Shown one piece after another: positions 21,631-32,716 of a stretch of DNA of 64,000 nt. The notes under the pieces are model-generated. The model had not been told where the DNA came from, did not search any database, and was given only the letters and a program-made list of their open reading frames with translations. The stretch is from NCBI GenBank assembly GCA_963828465.1, contig CAWHEU010000025.1, positions 64,001 to 128,000 of the forward strand, written 5' to 3'. Source of the DNA: an uncultured Acidobacteriota bacterium (lineage in GTDB: Bacteria; Actinomycetota; Acidimicrobiia; Spongiisociales; ZC4RG35). Numbering within the stretch: the stretch's first letter is position 1; each line of letters opens with the position of its first letter. The position numbers and the translations under genes are program-made.

Positions 21631-22869
21631 TCAATAGGTGAACGGCCAACCCTTCCAATAGTTGCGGATGCGGAGCCAGATCCCGAACAAGCCGAGCGGC
21701 TCGAAGATGAGAAACCCGATGATCAGTAGACCGTATAGGACGAGGTTCAGCTGGGCGACGGAGAGCCCGGGTCCGACACCGGCCATGGTGTTGATCAACC
21801 CGAAGTCCGTCTGCGATGTCGCGATGAACACATTGGCAATAGCGCCGAGAAGCCCTTCGCCTTCTAGGGCGAGCGATTGCAGCCACAGGGTGAAGTTCTG
21901 CACGATCCGGGGCAGGAGGACGACGAACGCCGATCCGAGCAGGGCGCCGGTGACTGTGCCCGCACCGCCGATGAGGATGATCGCGATGAACTGAACCGAG
22001 AGAAAGAGGTTCCATTGCTCGGGGATGACGCGGGTCAAGAACGAGGCGAGCAAGGCGCCTGCGATCCCCGCATAGAACGACGAGATCCCAAAGGCGAGGA
22101 GCTTGTAGGCAAACTCGTTCACCCCCATGATCTCCGCGGCGATGTCGCGATCCCGGATGGACATGAACGCCCGGCCCACCCTTGTTCGCTGCAGGTTCTT
22201 GGCCAACAGGGTGTAGACCCCGGCAAGGAAGGCGAGGAGGAAGAAGGTCTTGGCGATGCCGGACACTTCGACCCCGAACCAGACGCTCGGTGTCGTGAAG
22301 TCGATCACCGGCGACTCCTCCTTCCACCACCGGAACTCGAGCGGCGGGAAATCCCGGCCAACTTGTGCCCCGCCGGTGAGTGATGCCCAGTTCCGGAACA
22401 GGTAATCCCCGATGAAGACGAGCCCCAGGGTCACGATGGCCAGATAGAGGCCGCGCACCCGCACCGCGGTTGGTCCAACGGCCACCCCGATCAGCGCGGC
22501 CACGATGCCGGCCGCGGGGAGCCAGATCCAGATCGGGAGCCCGAGCCCGAGGAGCGGTCCGTCCACCGGGCCACCGAGCCATACCGCTGTGTAGGCGCCA
22601 ACGCCCATGAAGAAGGCGTGCCCGAGTGAGACCTGGCCGGCGAGACCGGTCAGGATGTTCAGCCCAAGCGCCCCAATTGCGAAAATCGCGGTGGTGGAAA
22701 GCAGACGAAGCCAGTCAGCCTGGCCCAGGAACGTCAGCCCCGGGATGACCTGGAAAGGAATCGTCACCAGAACGAGCACGAAGAGACCGAGCATCACCTT
22801 CTTGGAGGTGGTGTTGAGCAGACCTTGGTCCGCCTCGTAGCTCGTGTAGAGGAGGGGCCTGCCCTTCAT
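21631..22869 (-). CDS. LivM-like ABC permease
   Basis: GLAGQVSLGHAFF, GLYLAIVTL, RDRDIAA. Confidence 0.9.
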   Translation of the reverse strand: MKGRPLLYTSYEADQGLLNTTSKKVMLGLFVLVLVTIPFQVIPGLTFLGQADWLRLLSTTAIFAIGALGLNILTGLAGQVSLGHAFFMGVGAYTAVWLGGPVDGPLLGLGLPIWIWLPAAGIVAALIGVAVGPTAVRVRGLYLAIVTLGLVFIGDYLFRNWASLTGGAQVGRDFPPLEFRWWKEESPVIDFTTPSVWFGVEVSGIAKTFFLLAFLAGVYTLLAKNLQRTRVGRAFMSIRDRDIAAEIMGVNEFAYKLLAFGISSFYAGIAGALLASFLTRVIPEQWNLFLSVQFIAIILIGGAGTVTGALLGSAFVVLLPRIVQNFTLWLQSLALEGEGLLGAIANVFIATSQTDFGLINTMAGVGPGLSVAQLNLVLYGLLIIGFLIFEPLGLFGIWLRIRNYWKGWPFTY

Positions 22870-23840
22870 ACTCGTCTTATCTCCGGGGTCCCGAACAGGC
22901 CGTAGGGGCGGATGAGCAGCACCACCATCATCAGCAGGTAGCCGACGATCCCGGGGAAGCCGTTGCCGAGGAACTCGAATCCCAGATAGGTGTTGGCCGC
23001 CGACTCGGCGATCCCAACTGCGAAGCCACCCACCACCGCCCCCGGTATCGAGTCGAGCCCGCCGATGATCACAGCCGGAAAGGCGCGAAAGGCGATGAAT
23101 GCCGTTGCCTGGTCCACCCCTGTGGCCCGGCGCGGGTACACGGAGTAGAACAGTCCGGCCACGGCGGCGAGAAACGCGCCGATCGCCCAGGCCACCGAAA
23201 ACACCCGTCCCACGTTCACTCCTTGGGCCCGAGCCGTCTCCTGGTCGAAGGACGTCGCCCGCATCGCAACCCCGGTCCGGGTTCGCAGGAACATTGCGAT
23301 GGCAACCAACAAGAGGATGGTCACCACGATCTGGATGACCTCGGACCAGGCGATTATCACCCACCCCAGATCGATGACGTTGAGCCCCCAGGGGGCGTTG
23401 ACCGGACGGGGCTGGGTCCCGATGAAGTCGTTGGTGATGGTCCTCACCACGATGTCGATACCGAGGGTCACGATGGCGACGGCGAAGAGGGCCTCCCCCA
23501 CCATGGGCCGGAGAAAAACCCGCTCGATGAGGACACCGAACAATGCGGCGACCGCGAAGGCGGTGAGGACATTGGCAGTCCATTGCGCCCATTCGGGGAG
23601 GCCCGTGAGATATCGCCCCGGGAAGTCGAGGACGCTTGCGAAGGCGACAACGAGGAAGGCTCCAAGCCCGGTGAGGGCGCCGTGAGCGAAATTGATCACC
23701 GATGTCGCCTTGAAGATGATGACGAAGCCCATGGCCAAAAGGGCGTAGATGGCCCCGAAACTGATCCCGCCGACGAGCATCTGTGCAAAGGCATTGCCAT
23801 CCGCCGTTGCCTGCGCCAGAACGACGAGACCGGTGATCAC
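22866..23840 (-). CDS. LivH-like ABC permease
   Basis: GAIYALLAMGF, INFAHG, IIGGLDSIPGA. Confidence 0.9.
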   Translation of the reverse strand: MITGLVVLAQATADGNAFAQMLVGGISFGAIYALLAMGFVIIFKATSVINFAHGALTGLGAFLVVAFASVLDFPGRYLTGLPEWAQWTANVLTAFAVAALFGVLIERVFLRPMVGEALFAVAIVTLGIDIVVRTITNDFIGTQPRPVNAPWGLNVIDLGWVIIAWSEVIQIVVTILLLVAIAMFLRTRTGVAMRATSFDQETARAQGVNVGRVFSVAWAIGAFLAAVAGLFYSVYPRRATGVDQATAFIAFRAFPAVIIGGLDSIPGAVVGGFAVGIAESAANTYLGFEFLGNGFPGIVGYLLMMVVLLIRPYGLFGTPEIRRV

Positions 23841-25714
23841 GACCGATACATGTCCTCGATCAAGCCACCGAACATCGAGGTCATCGAGGTCCGCTTCAGC
23901 TTCTGAGTAGCGGTCAGCTCCCCGTCCTCGTGGTCGAGCTCTTTGGGGATCAAGCGGAACTTCTGGATGTTCTCGACATGTGAGGTCTTCTCGTTCGCCT
24001 CATTGACGACACCCTGGATCAGCTCGATGACCTGTGGCTTCGTGGTCAGATCGCGGTAGGTCGTGTATGGGATTTGCCGTCTGGTTGCCCAGTCACCGAC
24101 CACGTCGGACTCGATTGCGATCAGGGCGGACAGATACTTGCGACCGTCGCCGATCACCATCGCCTCCTTGACGAAGGGTGAGACCTTGAGGGAGTTCTCG
24201 ATCTCGGACGGTGAGACGTTCTTCCCGCCGGAGGTGATGATGATGTCCTTGATCCGGTCGACGATCTTGACGTGGGTTCCATCCACCCACTCGCCGACGT
24301 CGCCCGTCCTCAGCCAGCCGTCCTCGGTAAACGTCTCGGCCGTCTTCTCCGGCTTGTTCCAATACCCCTTGAACACACCAGGATGCCGGGTCTGGATCTC
24401 GCCGGTTGCCTCATCGATGCGCAGTTCCGTGCCCGGATAGGGCACCCCGACCGTCCCGACCTTGTTGGCACCGGGGAAGTTGCACGTCGCCACGGCGGAG
24501 TTCTCGGTCATCCCGTAGAGCTCGAAGAGGGGAACCCCCATCCCGAGGAAGTCGCGCAAGACCTCGGGTGCGATCGGCGCAGCCCCGCTGGCGGCGTAGC
24601 GAACCCGGCGCAGGCCGATCCTTTCCTTGATCGCCCGGAACACGATCGGGTACCCGATCGCGTAGAGGAACCGGCTGAGTGCGGTGTGGTCGCCTTCGTT
24701 GGCCACCCTGAGATCGCCGATCCGTCTGGCGAGCTTCATCCCGATCCCGAACCACAACCGCTTGAACCGGGTGCCGTCCCTGCCCTTGATGGCGATCGAG
24801 GCGTGGATCCGCTCCCAGATCCGCGGCACCGCGAAGAAAATCGTGGGTTGTATCTCGCGCAGGTTCTGTTGCACCGTCTCGATCGACTCGGCGAAATTGA
24901 GGGAAGGGCCACGGGACACCGACGACCAAGTGGAGAAGATGCGCTCGGCCACGTGACACAGTGGCAGATAGGTGAGGATGAGGTCATCGGGACCGATGGG
25001 TTTGCCGTCCGGGGTCCGATTCTCCACCCCGATCAACACGTCGGCGTTGAAAGCGAAGTTGGAGTTGGTGAGCATCGCGCCCTTGGGCGGCCCGGTGGTC
25101 CCCGAGGTGTAGACCAGAGTGATCACGTCGTCCCCGGTCGCCTGCGCCATGATCTGTTCGACCATGCCCGGGTTGGCCTCGCGATGGCTGCGGCCGAGCT
25201 CGAGGAAGTCCTCCCAGGAAATGAAGCGCTCGTCGTCACGCCACTTGCGAAAGCCACGAGGCTCGATGTGGATGATCTTGCGAAGGTCAGGCAGCGAGTC
25301 GATGACTGCCATCACCTTGTCCGCCTGCTCCTGGTCCTCGGCCAGATGCACCGCAGCTCCCGAATCGGAGAGGAGGTACTCGACCTCGGCGGCGGGATTG
25401 GTCGGGTAGAGGCCCACCGTGATGGCACGGACCGCCACGGTGGCCATGTCGAGGATCACCCACTCGGGACGGTCCTCGGAATGGATCGAGACCCGGTCGC
25501 CCTCGTAAACCCCCAGGGCGAGGAGTCCGTGAGCGGCTTCGAGAACGGATTCCCAGTACTGGGACCACGTGATCTCCTGCCAGATCCCGAAGTCCTTCTC
25601 CCGCATTGCCACCCGGTCCGGATGGTCCCGAGCCCACTCTCTGACATAGGCGGGCGGTGTCTTGAAACCGACGTCTGCCGACGGCGCGCCGGCTCGCTCC
25701 AGGACGGTCGTCAT
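23837..25714 (-). CDS. Long-chain fatty acid-CoA ligase (AMP-binding)
   Basis: YTSGTTGPPKG, YGMTE, LRTGD, ELTATQK. Confidence 0.93.
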   Translation of the reverse strand: MTTVLERAGAPSADVGFKTPPAYVREWARDHPDRVAMREKDFGIWQEITWSQYWESVLEAAHGLLALGVYEGDRVSIHSEDRPEWVILDMATVAVRAITVGLYPTNPAAEVEYLLSDSGAAVHLAEDQEQADKVMAVIDSLPDLRKIIHIEPRGFRKWRDDERFISWEDFLELGRSHREANPGMVEQIMAQATGDDVITLVYTSGTTGPPKGAMLTNSNFAFNADVLIGVENRTPDGKPIGPDDLILTYLPLCHVAERIFSTWSSVSRGPSLNFAESIETVQQNLREIQPTIFFAVPRIWERIHASIAIKGRDGTRFKRLWFGIGMKLARRIGDLRVANEGDHTALSRFLYAIGYPIVFRAIKERIGLRRVRYAASGAAPIAPEVLRDFLGMGVPLFELYGMTENSAVATCNFPGANKVGTVGVPYPGTELRIDEATGEIQTRHPGVFKGYWNKPEKTAETFTEDGWLRTGDVGEWVDGTHVKIVDRIKDIIITSGGKNVSPSEIENSLKVSPFVKEAMVIGDGRKYLSALIAIESDVVGDWATRRQIPYTTYRDLTTKPQVIELIQGVVNEANEKTSHVENIQKFRLIPKELDHEDGELTATQKLKRTSMTSMFGGLIEDMYRS

Positions 25715-25789
25715 CCGGTGTCCTCCTCAAAGACGACCGGACAATATCGGCTGGAACCGAACTTTGCCGGTTCGATCAAAATTTGATTC

Positions 25790-26224
25790 CTATGAGCCTG
25801 CGCTCCATTCCGACCCGCCGGGCCAGTGCTCCTTCTTCCAGATCGGCGCCCCGGTCTTGAGCTCGTCGATGATGAAACGGGCCGCGGCGAAGGCGTCATC
25901 TCGGTGGGCGCTGGAAACGGCCACCGCCACGGAGACCTCCCCCAGACTCACAGTGCCGGAGCGGTGCTCGACGACGGCTCCCAGGATCGGCCATCGGGCA
26001 GCAGCATCCTCCACGATCTCGCGGATCTTTGGCTCCACCAACTCGGCGTAGACCTCGTAATCGAGGTGGGTGACGCCCGACCTCGCCGATGAGTGGTCGC
26101 GCACCGTGCCCAGGAAGAGCACGGTGGCACCGGAATCGGGCCGCCCGACCTCATTGACCAGCGAGGATGTGTCGATCGGATCGGCTCCGACCGAGACCCT
26201 GATCGGTTGACGGGCGGCGTCCAT
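25790..26224 (-). CDS. moaE: Molybdopterin synthase catalytic subunit
   Basis: GATVLFLGTVR, HRSG, SAHR, PIWKKE. Confidence 0.92.
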   Translation of the reverse strand: MDAARQPIRVSVGADPIDTSSLVNEVGRPDSGATVLFLGTVRDHSSARSGVTHLDYEVYAELVEPKIREIVEDAAARWPILGAVVEHRSGTVSLGEVSVAVAVSSAHRDDAFAAARFIIDELKTGAPIWKKEHWPGGSEWSAGS

Positions 26225-26238
26225 AGAATCCCAAGACT

Positions 26239-27443
26239 ATGACCGACATCGGCCCACCCGGGCCGCAGGTGTGGGAGGAGCCCGAAGAGAGCCCCGACAG
26301 CTACGAGGACTACCCGCCGCCGCTCCGCCGCCGCCGCCGCCGCCTCCTGCAGCACCGACCCGGAGCCGGCCGGACATGTGGACCGTCGTGCTCGGTGTTT
26401 TCGGCGGCGCCCTCCTCGGGACCGGGGTGACCCTGGCGATTCTCGGTTTCACCGGCGTATTCGAAGAGCCGGCGGTGCCCACGAACCCACCTCCGCCAAT
26501 TCTGACCGTGCCCCCGCCCACCACGGCTCCAGCGGTCATCGCCGACATAGGGAACGCCACCGAGGTGGCACTGCGGGCGATTCCCAGCATCATCGCGGTC
26601 GAGACAAGCAGCGCACTGGGTGAGGGCGGCGGTAGCGGTGTCGTGTATTCAGACGACGGCTACATCATCACCAACCACCATGTGGTCAGCGAGGCGGACG
26701 AGCTCGCCATCGTGTTCTCGGACGGAGGACGCTGGGTCCCGGAGATCATCGGCATGGACGACCTCACCGACATCGCCGTCCTCCGGGTGACCCGCCCTGA
26801 CCTGACACCCATCGAAGTGGGCTCCTCGGGCTTGCTCGTCATCGGGGAGCGAGCGGTCGCCGTGGGCAACCCCCTGGCCCTCGAAGGCGGGCCATCGGTC
26901 ACCTACGGCATCGTGAGCGCCCTCAACCGGTCGTTGGAGGTGGAGTCAGGAGAGACACTGTTCGGGCTCATCCAAACCGACGCGCCTATCACCCGAGGTT
27001 CTTCCGGCGGTGCCCTGCTCGACAGCGCGGCCCGACTGGTGGGCATCACGACGGCGATCGCCGTCTCCGATGTCGGGGCCGAAGGGCTCGGGTTCGCCAT
27101 CCCGATCGACACTGCCCTGGACGTCGCCAATGATCTAATCGAAGACGGCGTCGTCAGCCATGCCCAACTCGGAATCCAGGGCGAGACCGCATTCGCCGAG
27201 TCCGACGGCGCCGAGTACCCGGTCGGCGTCCTGGTGACGAGCGTGACCCCGGACTCCGCCTACGACCTCGGAGGCGGTCTTACCAACGATGTGATCACGG
27301 CGCTCGACGAGGTCCCGATCACGTCGATGGACACACTTCTCACCGAGCTCCGCACCAGGCGCGCCGGCGAGCTGGTCACCATGGCCGTGACCCGAGCTGA
27401 CGCCGATATCGAGCTCGCCGTGACCCTGGATGGCCGCCCGTGA
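26239..27443 (+). CDS. HtrA/DegP-like serine protease with PDZ; probable frameshift in the Pro-rich 5' part
   Basis: TM, TNHHV, DIAV, QTDAPITRGSSGG, PDZ. Confidence 0.88.
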
Positions 27444-28510
27444 GCGACGACCTCTTCTCAAAGCTGTTCGATCTCTTCGATCAGCCCGGCCCGATCAACT
27501 GGAAGCTGGCCGCCGAGGTCGCCCGCCATCTGTCCGGCGAGACCGAGCCGGTCGAGCCTTGGGCCGCCGAGGAGTTCCGGGAGCTTGCACGGCTCGCCGA
27601 GTACCGAATCGAGCAGATCGCCCCCTTCCGTGTCGTTCCCGCCCCCGATGTGCTCCCCCTGGATGCCCGGGGGTGGGCGGAGCGCAACCTCGAGTCCTAT
27701 GGCTCCCTGGTCGAGCCTTTCGCCTCCTCGGTTGGCTCCGATGGACCGGCTGCTCCTCTTATGGCCCAACTGGCGCCGGCGATCATCGGGCTCCAGGTCG
27801 GATCGCTCGTCGGTTCGCTGTCGACCTGGGTGGTCGCGTCCTTCGACGCCGGCCTGCCCCAGGATCATCCGGGGAACCTCAGCATCGTGGTGCCCAACAT
27901 CGAGGCCATGACACGCTCTGGCGCGATCGACGACAAGGAGATCCGGTTGTGGATCGTGGCGAACGAGGTGTCATTCAGAGCCGTCTCACAACTTCCGTGG
28001 ATCCACGACCACGTCCATCAGCTCTCCACCGCGTTTGCCGATGCGGTCAAGATCGATCCGACCATGCTCAGTGGCCTGATGGCAGGCGGATCGGATCCCG
28101 AGGCGATCGAGCAGGCGATCCAGGACGCCGGCGGGCTGGAGGGCCTCATGGGTGGCGAGGAAGCCGAGGCGCCACGTCTCGAGTTGGAGGCCTTCCTAGG
28201 CGCAATAACAGGGTGCGGCCGTCTCCTCGCCCGACGCGCCATCGCCGAGCTTTCACCGAACTTCGACGAGATCTCCAACCTGCGTGACCAGGCGCGGGAG
28301 GCTACCGAGGCGGCACCGACGATCGGTGTCGGTCCGGTCCCGCCCGAGGCGACGCGCCTCGGCGACGTGTTCAACCAGGAGGTCGAGCGGCGGTACGGGG
28401 AGGACGCCCTGGAGACCCTCTGGTCCGATCCCACCCGGATGCCGAGCGCCGCCGAACTCCGTGACCCGACGGCCTGGGCAGCCCGCGTCCTTCTGGATGG
28501 GTGGACCTGA
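27440..28510 (+). CDS. Zincin-2 (DUF2342-like) family protein
   Basis: GPINWKLA, IVVPNI, RLWIVANE (HExxH degenerate), LW..P.RMPS..EL.DP.AW. Confidence 0.7.
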   Translation: MSDDLFSKLFDLFDQPGPINWKLAAEVARHLSGETEPVEPWAAEEFRELARLAEYRIEQIAPFRVVPAPDVLPLDARGWAERNLESYGSLVEPFASSVGSDGPAAPLMAQLAPAIIGLQVGSLVGSLSTWVVASFDAGLPQDHPGNLSIVVPNIEAMTRSGAIDDKEIRLWIVANEVSFRAVSQLPWIHDHVHQLSTAFADAVKIDPTMLSGLMAGGSDPEAIEQAIQDAGGLEGLMGGEEAEAPRLELEAFLGAITGCGRLLARRAIAELSPNFDEISNLRDQAREATEAAPTIGVGPVPPEATRLGDVFNQEVERRYGEDALETLWSDPTRMPSAAELRDPTAWAARVLLDGWT

Positions 28511-28512
28511 CG

Positions 28513-28974
28513 ATGCCGCTGACCGTAGGCACACCCGCTCCCGACTTCTCCCTGGTCAGCCAGAACCGCGACAAGATCTCATTGGAAGACCTGAAGGGCA
28601 AGAAGTCGATGATCGTCTTCATGCCCTACCCCCACACCCGGACGTGTGAGGCGGAGGCGTGCGAGATCAGGAACAACTGGGCGGCGTTCGTGGGAATCGA
28701 CGCCAACGTGATCATGATCACGACCCACGCCGGAGCCACCAATCGGGACTGGGCAGAGGACAACGACTACCCCTTCCCAATCCTCTCCGACTACTGGCCC
28801 CATGGCGAGGTGTCCCGGGCTTACGACACCTTCGATGAGACCTTTGGCTACGCCAAGCGGACGACCTACATCCTCGATTCGGACGGCGTGATCAGGGATG
28901 TGATCGCTTCAGACGCACTGAAAGAGGCGCGCCCGTTCTCCGCGTATCTGCCCGCCCTGGAATCGATCTCCTAG
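28513..28974 (+). CDS. AhpE-like peroxiredoxin
   Basis: APDFSL, PxxxTxxC, LSDYWPHGEVSRAY. Confidence 0.85.
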   Translation: MPLTVGTPAPDFSLVSQNRDKISLEDLKGKKSMIVFMPYPHTRTCEAEACEIRNNWAAFVGIDANVIMITTHAGATNRDWAEDNDYPFPILSDYWPHGEVSRAYDTFDETFGYAKRTTYILDSDGVIRDVIASDALKEARPFSAYLPALESIS

Positions 28975-29106
28975 CTCCGATCACCCACAACGAGTGAGGC
29001 CACCTCCTTGGGAGTGGACTAGAACGGGATCGTGGCCCGCCGTGGGAGCAGTCGCCGGTAGAACTCACCATGACATGACCGACACCTCGCCGTCGCTTCC
29101 GAGCTG

Positions 29107-30804
29107 ATGACAGCCCGCCTCGTCGCGCCCTTCAGGTCTTGGTGGCGGTCCGTTCGACCCGGACCCGGTGAACTGAAACGGGAGGCCGTGGCCGGCCTTC
29201 CCGGCGCCATCGGCAGCGTGCCCGACGGCATGGCTTCGGCTGTACTGGCCGGGGTGAGCCCGGTGTTCGGGCTCTATGCCAGCTTTGCCGGCCCGATAGC
29301 GGGTGGCCTGTCCGCCAGCACCCGGTTGATGGTGATAACCACGACAACGGCGGCGGCATTGGCCGCGGGCTCGGCGCTGAGCGGAGTGGATCCCGCCGAT
29401 CGGCCCGGATCGCTGTTCCTACTGGTAATCATGGCCGGCGCCCTGATGGTGCTCGCCGGTGTCCTGAGACTGGGCCGGTTCACCCGTTTCGTCTCCCATT
29501 CGGTAATGATCGGCTTTCTCACCGGAGTTGCGGCCAACATCGTCTTCGGACAGCTTCCCGACTTGACTGGGGTCGACGCAGAGGGATCGACGTCGCTGAC
29601 CAAAGGCATCGACGTGATTCTGCACCCGGGAAGCGTCGACGTCCCGTCCCTCCTCGCCGGGTTGGGCACCGTGGTGCTCCTCATCGTTCTCGGGAGGACC
29701 AAGGTCGGCCCTTACGCCTCGATCATCGCACTGGCCATACCCACAGTCCTGGTTCTGGGCATCGACAGCGTGGCCAAGGTCGAGGACGTAGGTGACATTC
29801 CCAGCGGAATTCCCCTTCCGGCTCTGCCTGATCTGAGCGTGATCAATGGCGACCTGATCCTCGTGGCCTTCGCAATCGCAGCCATCGTCCTCGTCCAAGG
29901 GTCCGGCGTGGCCGAGTCGGCGCCAAACCGTGATGGCACGATGTCGGATCCGAACCGGGATTTCATCGCCCAGGGAGCAGGCAACATCGCCTCGGGGTTC
30001 TTCAAAGGGATGCCGGTCGGAGGCTCGGTCGGTCAGACCGCCCTGAATACCAGTGCGGGAGCGCAGGGCCGTTGGGCAAGCATCTTCTCAGGCGTCTGGA
30101 TGTTGATGATCCTGGTGCTGTTCTCGGGCATCGTCGGAATGGTCGCGATGCCGACACTTGCGGCGATCCTCATAGTTGCCGCCATCGGCTCGTTGCGGGT
30201 GGGTCAGATCCAGTCGATCCTGCGCACCGGGCCCACCTCGAGGATCGCCTTGATCGGCACCTTCATCGCCACCCTCATACTGTCGATCCCCCAGGCAGTT
30301 GGGGTGGGCGTGATCATCTCACTTCTATTGCAGCTGAACCAAGAGGCGCTCGACCTGCGGGTCGTCGAGCTCGTACCCCGACCCGACGGATCGTTCGAAG
30401 AGCGCCCTGCCCCCGATCGGCTCACGAGCCATTCCGTCACGCTCCTCGATGTATACGGCAGCCTGTTCTATGCCGGTGCGAGGACGCTTCAGGCTCGCCT
30501 CCCCGAGATCGGCGCCGCCATCAGACCCGTCGTCGTGCTCCGCCTCCGTGGTCGCAACATGCTGGGGGCGACCGCGTTCAAGGTGTTCAGCGACTACTCC
30601 GAATCACTCCGGGCAGCACATGGCAAGCTCTACCTCAGCGGCGTGGACCCGGCGCTCATGCAGCAGTTCTCTCACGCCGGGCACGTCCATGCCACCGGCC
30701 CGGTGGAGATGGTGGAGGCCACACCGAACCTGGGCGAGTCGAGTCTGTCCGCCTACCACCAAGCCGAGACCTGGGTGATCGAGCACAGGCCGCCGGCTGA
30801 CTGA
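29107..30804 (+). CDS. SulP-family anion transporter with STAS domain
   Basis: VPDGMA, GLYA, RFVSHSVMIGF, C-terminal STAS. Confidence 0.92.
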   Translation: MTARLVAPFRSWWRSVRPGPGELKREAVAGLPGAIGSVPDGMASAVLAGVSPVFGLYASFAGPIAGGLSASTRLMVITTTTAAALAAGSALSGVDPADRPGSLFLLVIMAGALMVLAGVLRLGRFTRFVSHSVMIGFLTGVAANIVFGQLPDLTGVDAEGSTSLTKGIDVILHPGSVDVPSLLAGLGTVVLLIVLGRTKVGPYASIIALAIPTVLVLGIDSVAKVEDVGDIPSGIPLPALPDLSVINGDLILVAFAIAAIVLVQGSGVAESAPNRDGTMSDPNRDFIAQGAGNIASGFFKGMPVGGSVGQTALNTSAGAQGRWASIFSGVWMLMILVLFSGIVGMVAMPTLAAILIVAAIGSLRVGQIQSILRTGPTSRIALIGTFIATLILSIPQAVGVGVIISLLLQLNQEALDLRVVELVPRPDGSFEERPAPDRLTSHSVTLLDVYGSLFYAGARTLQARLPEIGAAIRPVVVLRLRGRNMLGATAFKVFSDYSESLRAAHGKLYLSGVDPALMQQFSHAGHVHATGPVEMVEATPNLGESSLSAYHQAETWVIEHRPPAD

Positions 30805-30813
30805 TCTGAGCCG

Positions 30814-31758
30814 CTAGAGCGGCCGGGCCGAGCCAACCTGGCCGAACAGGTTCCGCCACAGCCGACGGAACAGACCGGGATCCTCAGGTGCGGGAAGACC
30901 GGACAGCACCTCCTCGTGCATGTCGGGTGGCAGGTCCCCGACCAGCGCCATACCTCCGGAGCTCGTCTCCCAGGCGTAGGTGACGTCGCCGGCGCCAGAG
31001 GAGCGAATGTAGGGCTGCTCGCCGACCGTGACCAATGAGCCGCTCTCGGCGGCGACGATGGCAGGCGTCTGGAATACGGCGAAGGAGAAGAACCCGTCCG
31101 AGTAGTAGGCGAAGGTGAACCCTTCCTCGTCCTCGTAGACGTCGAGTCGCTCGAAGTTCCCCAGCGTCTCCGGAAGATTCGACTCGACGCCTCCCTCGGC
31201 AGACTCGACGCTGGGGGCGGCCTCCGTATCCGTAGCCGGTGGGATGCCTGGATCGAATGTCACGAAGCGGCGCTCGCAGAAGACGCTTCCATCGGCGTTG
31301 AAAGTCACAACCCGGAGCAGCGCCCCGGCTTCGACGTCGAATACCAGCTCGGCCCGTACCACTCCGTTGCCGGTCATCCGATACAAGGTCGCATCGCGGC
31401 CCAGGTACTCGGTCTCGGTGCCCTCATCCACCGTGTAGCGGGGCTCGGGCTCCTCGCCCGCACCCTGGACATTGGCGCTGCTGACCACTGCTCCCTCACG
31501 GAGCAGGGTCCAACCACCCAAGCCAGAAGCCACTTCGACTTCGGGCGCCACCGGGGCACCGATGTGTAGCTCACCGCTGGCCTGGCTCAATTCGATGACC
31601 GCGTTGCGAGCACCATCAGGCGTCGAGCAGGTGATCACCTGCTCGGCTGTATATGCAGCCTCCCTGCTCTCATCGAGCAACTCGTCGAGATCCGCTGCGA
31701 ACGCTGCCGAGGCCGGGAGGAGCACCAGCACGGCGGCAAGGGCGATCGCTCGTCTCAC
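30814..31758 (-). CDS. Secreted MucB/RseB-like protein
   Basis: Signal peptide; YLGR.A..Y, DVEAGALLR, YSDGFFSFAVFQ, LVGDLP; lies in the ECF operon. Confidence 0.65.
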   Translation of the reverse strand: MRRAIALAAVLVLLPASAAFAADLDELLDESREAAYTAEQVITCSTPDGARNAVIELSQASGELHIGAPVAPEVEVASGLGGWTLLREGAVVSSANVQGAGEEPEPRYTVDEGTETEYLGRDATLYRMTGNGVVRAELVFDVEAGALLRVVTFNADGSVFCERRFVTFDPGIPPATDTEAAPSVESAEGGVESNLPETLGNFERLDVYEDEEGFTFAYYSDGFFSFAVFQTPAIVAAESGSLVTVGEQPYIRSSGAGDVTYAWETSSGGMALVGDLPPDMHEEVLSGLPAPEDPGLFRRLWRNLFGQVGSARPL

Positions 31759-32168
31759 TCGAGGATGTCCCCCAGATCCGGGACTACCACCTTGGCCGGC
31801 CCGAATGCAGGATCGAGCGAAGCACGCGCGCCGTAGCGGCTGTTCAACTCCTCGAGGGTGACCAATGGGGTCGACGGAGTGACAATGGCGGCAATTGCGA
31901 TGATGAGAGCGACGGCCGCTGCAGCGGCGCCGACCAAGAATCCCTTGTTCCGTCGCAGCGGCACGACTTCCGCATCGGCTTCGGGGATCAATCCTGGTGG
32001 CAACTCGAGAAGGGGGAGCGACCGAACGGCGGAACGGACCGACTGCATCTCCTGCATCTCGGCGGCGCACTTCCCACAGGTCGCTAGATGCGCCTGGAGC
32101 TGGTCGATCTCGTGCCTCGCCAGCTCTCCGTCGAGATACGCGCTGATGAGCTCACCGGCGTGGCTCAC
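31755..32168 (-). CDS. zf-HC2 anti-sigma factor (RseA-like)
   Basis: ISAYLDGEL, HLATCGKC, TM. Confidence 0.88.
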   Translation of the reverse strand: MSHAGELISAYLDGELARHEIDQLQAHLATCGKCAAEMQEMQSVRSAVRSLPLLELPPGLIPEADAEVVPLRRNKGFLVGAAAAAVALIIAIAAIVTPSTPLVTLEELNSRYGARASLDPAFGPAKVVVPDLGDILE

Positions 32169-32665
32169 GTCAGTGACTCCCTGAGGAGTTTCCGGCCGCG
32201 GTGGATTCTGCTCCGCACCGTCCCCACCGGCACCGCAACGGCTCGCGCGATCTCCTCGTAGGACAGGCCGACGATGTCACAAAGGACAACCGCCTCCCGG
32301 AACTCGTAGGGCAGCTCGAGTAGAGCCTTCTGGACATCGTCTCCGATCGAGATCCGCGAATACTCGACATCGGCCGATGGGCTGCTGGCCATCTCCCACC
32401 TGTCGACCTCGTCCGGCAATGGGGCGGTAGGGCGCCGGTTGCGCTTTCGAACCTCGTCGAGAAATGCGTTCCTGGTGATTCGCCAGAGCCAGCCCTCGAA
32501 GCTGCCGGGCTGGTAGGCGGCCAGTCCTTTGCGGACCCTGAGCAAGACTTCCTGAACGAGATCTGCGGCGTCGTCGCTGTTCCCGGTGAGCCGGTAAGCG
32601 AAGTTATAGATCTTCCGTCCATAGACACGCGCAACCTCTTCCCAGGTGAGTGGGACGGACTCCAT
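32165..32665 (-). CDS. ECF sigma factor (SigE-like)
   Basis: AYRLTGN..DAADLVQE, YQPGSFEGWL, GTVRSRIHRGR. Confidence 0.92.
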   Translation of the reverse strand: MESVPLTWEEVARVYGRKIYNFAYRLTGNSDDAADLVQEVLLRVRKGLAAYQPGSFEGWLWRITRNAFLDEVRKRNRRPTAPLPDEVDRWEMASSPSADVEYSRISIGDDVQKALLELPYEFREAVVLCDIVGLSYEEIARAVAVPVGTVRSRIHRGRKLLRESLT

Positions 32666-32716
32666 CTCGGAGACCTAGCTCAACAACGCCGCGGCGGCGT
32701 GTTTGGGTTCCAGCGC

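Noticed and set aside
26316-26350. (CCG)n tract as a phase-variation switch
   Set aside because: It is a poly-Pro coding triplet repeat; the nearby frameshift is more simply an assembly error.
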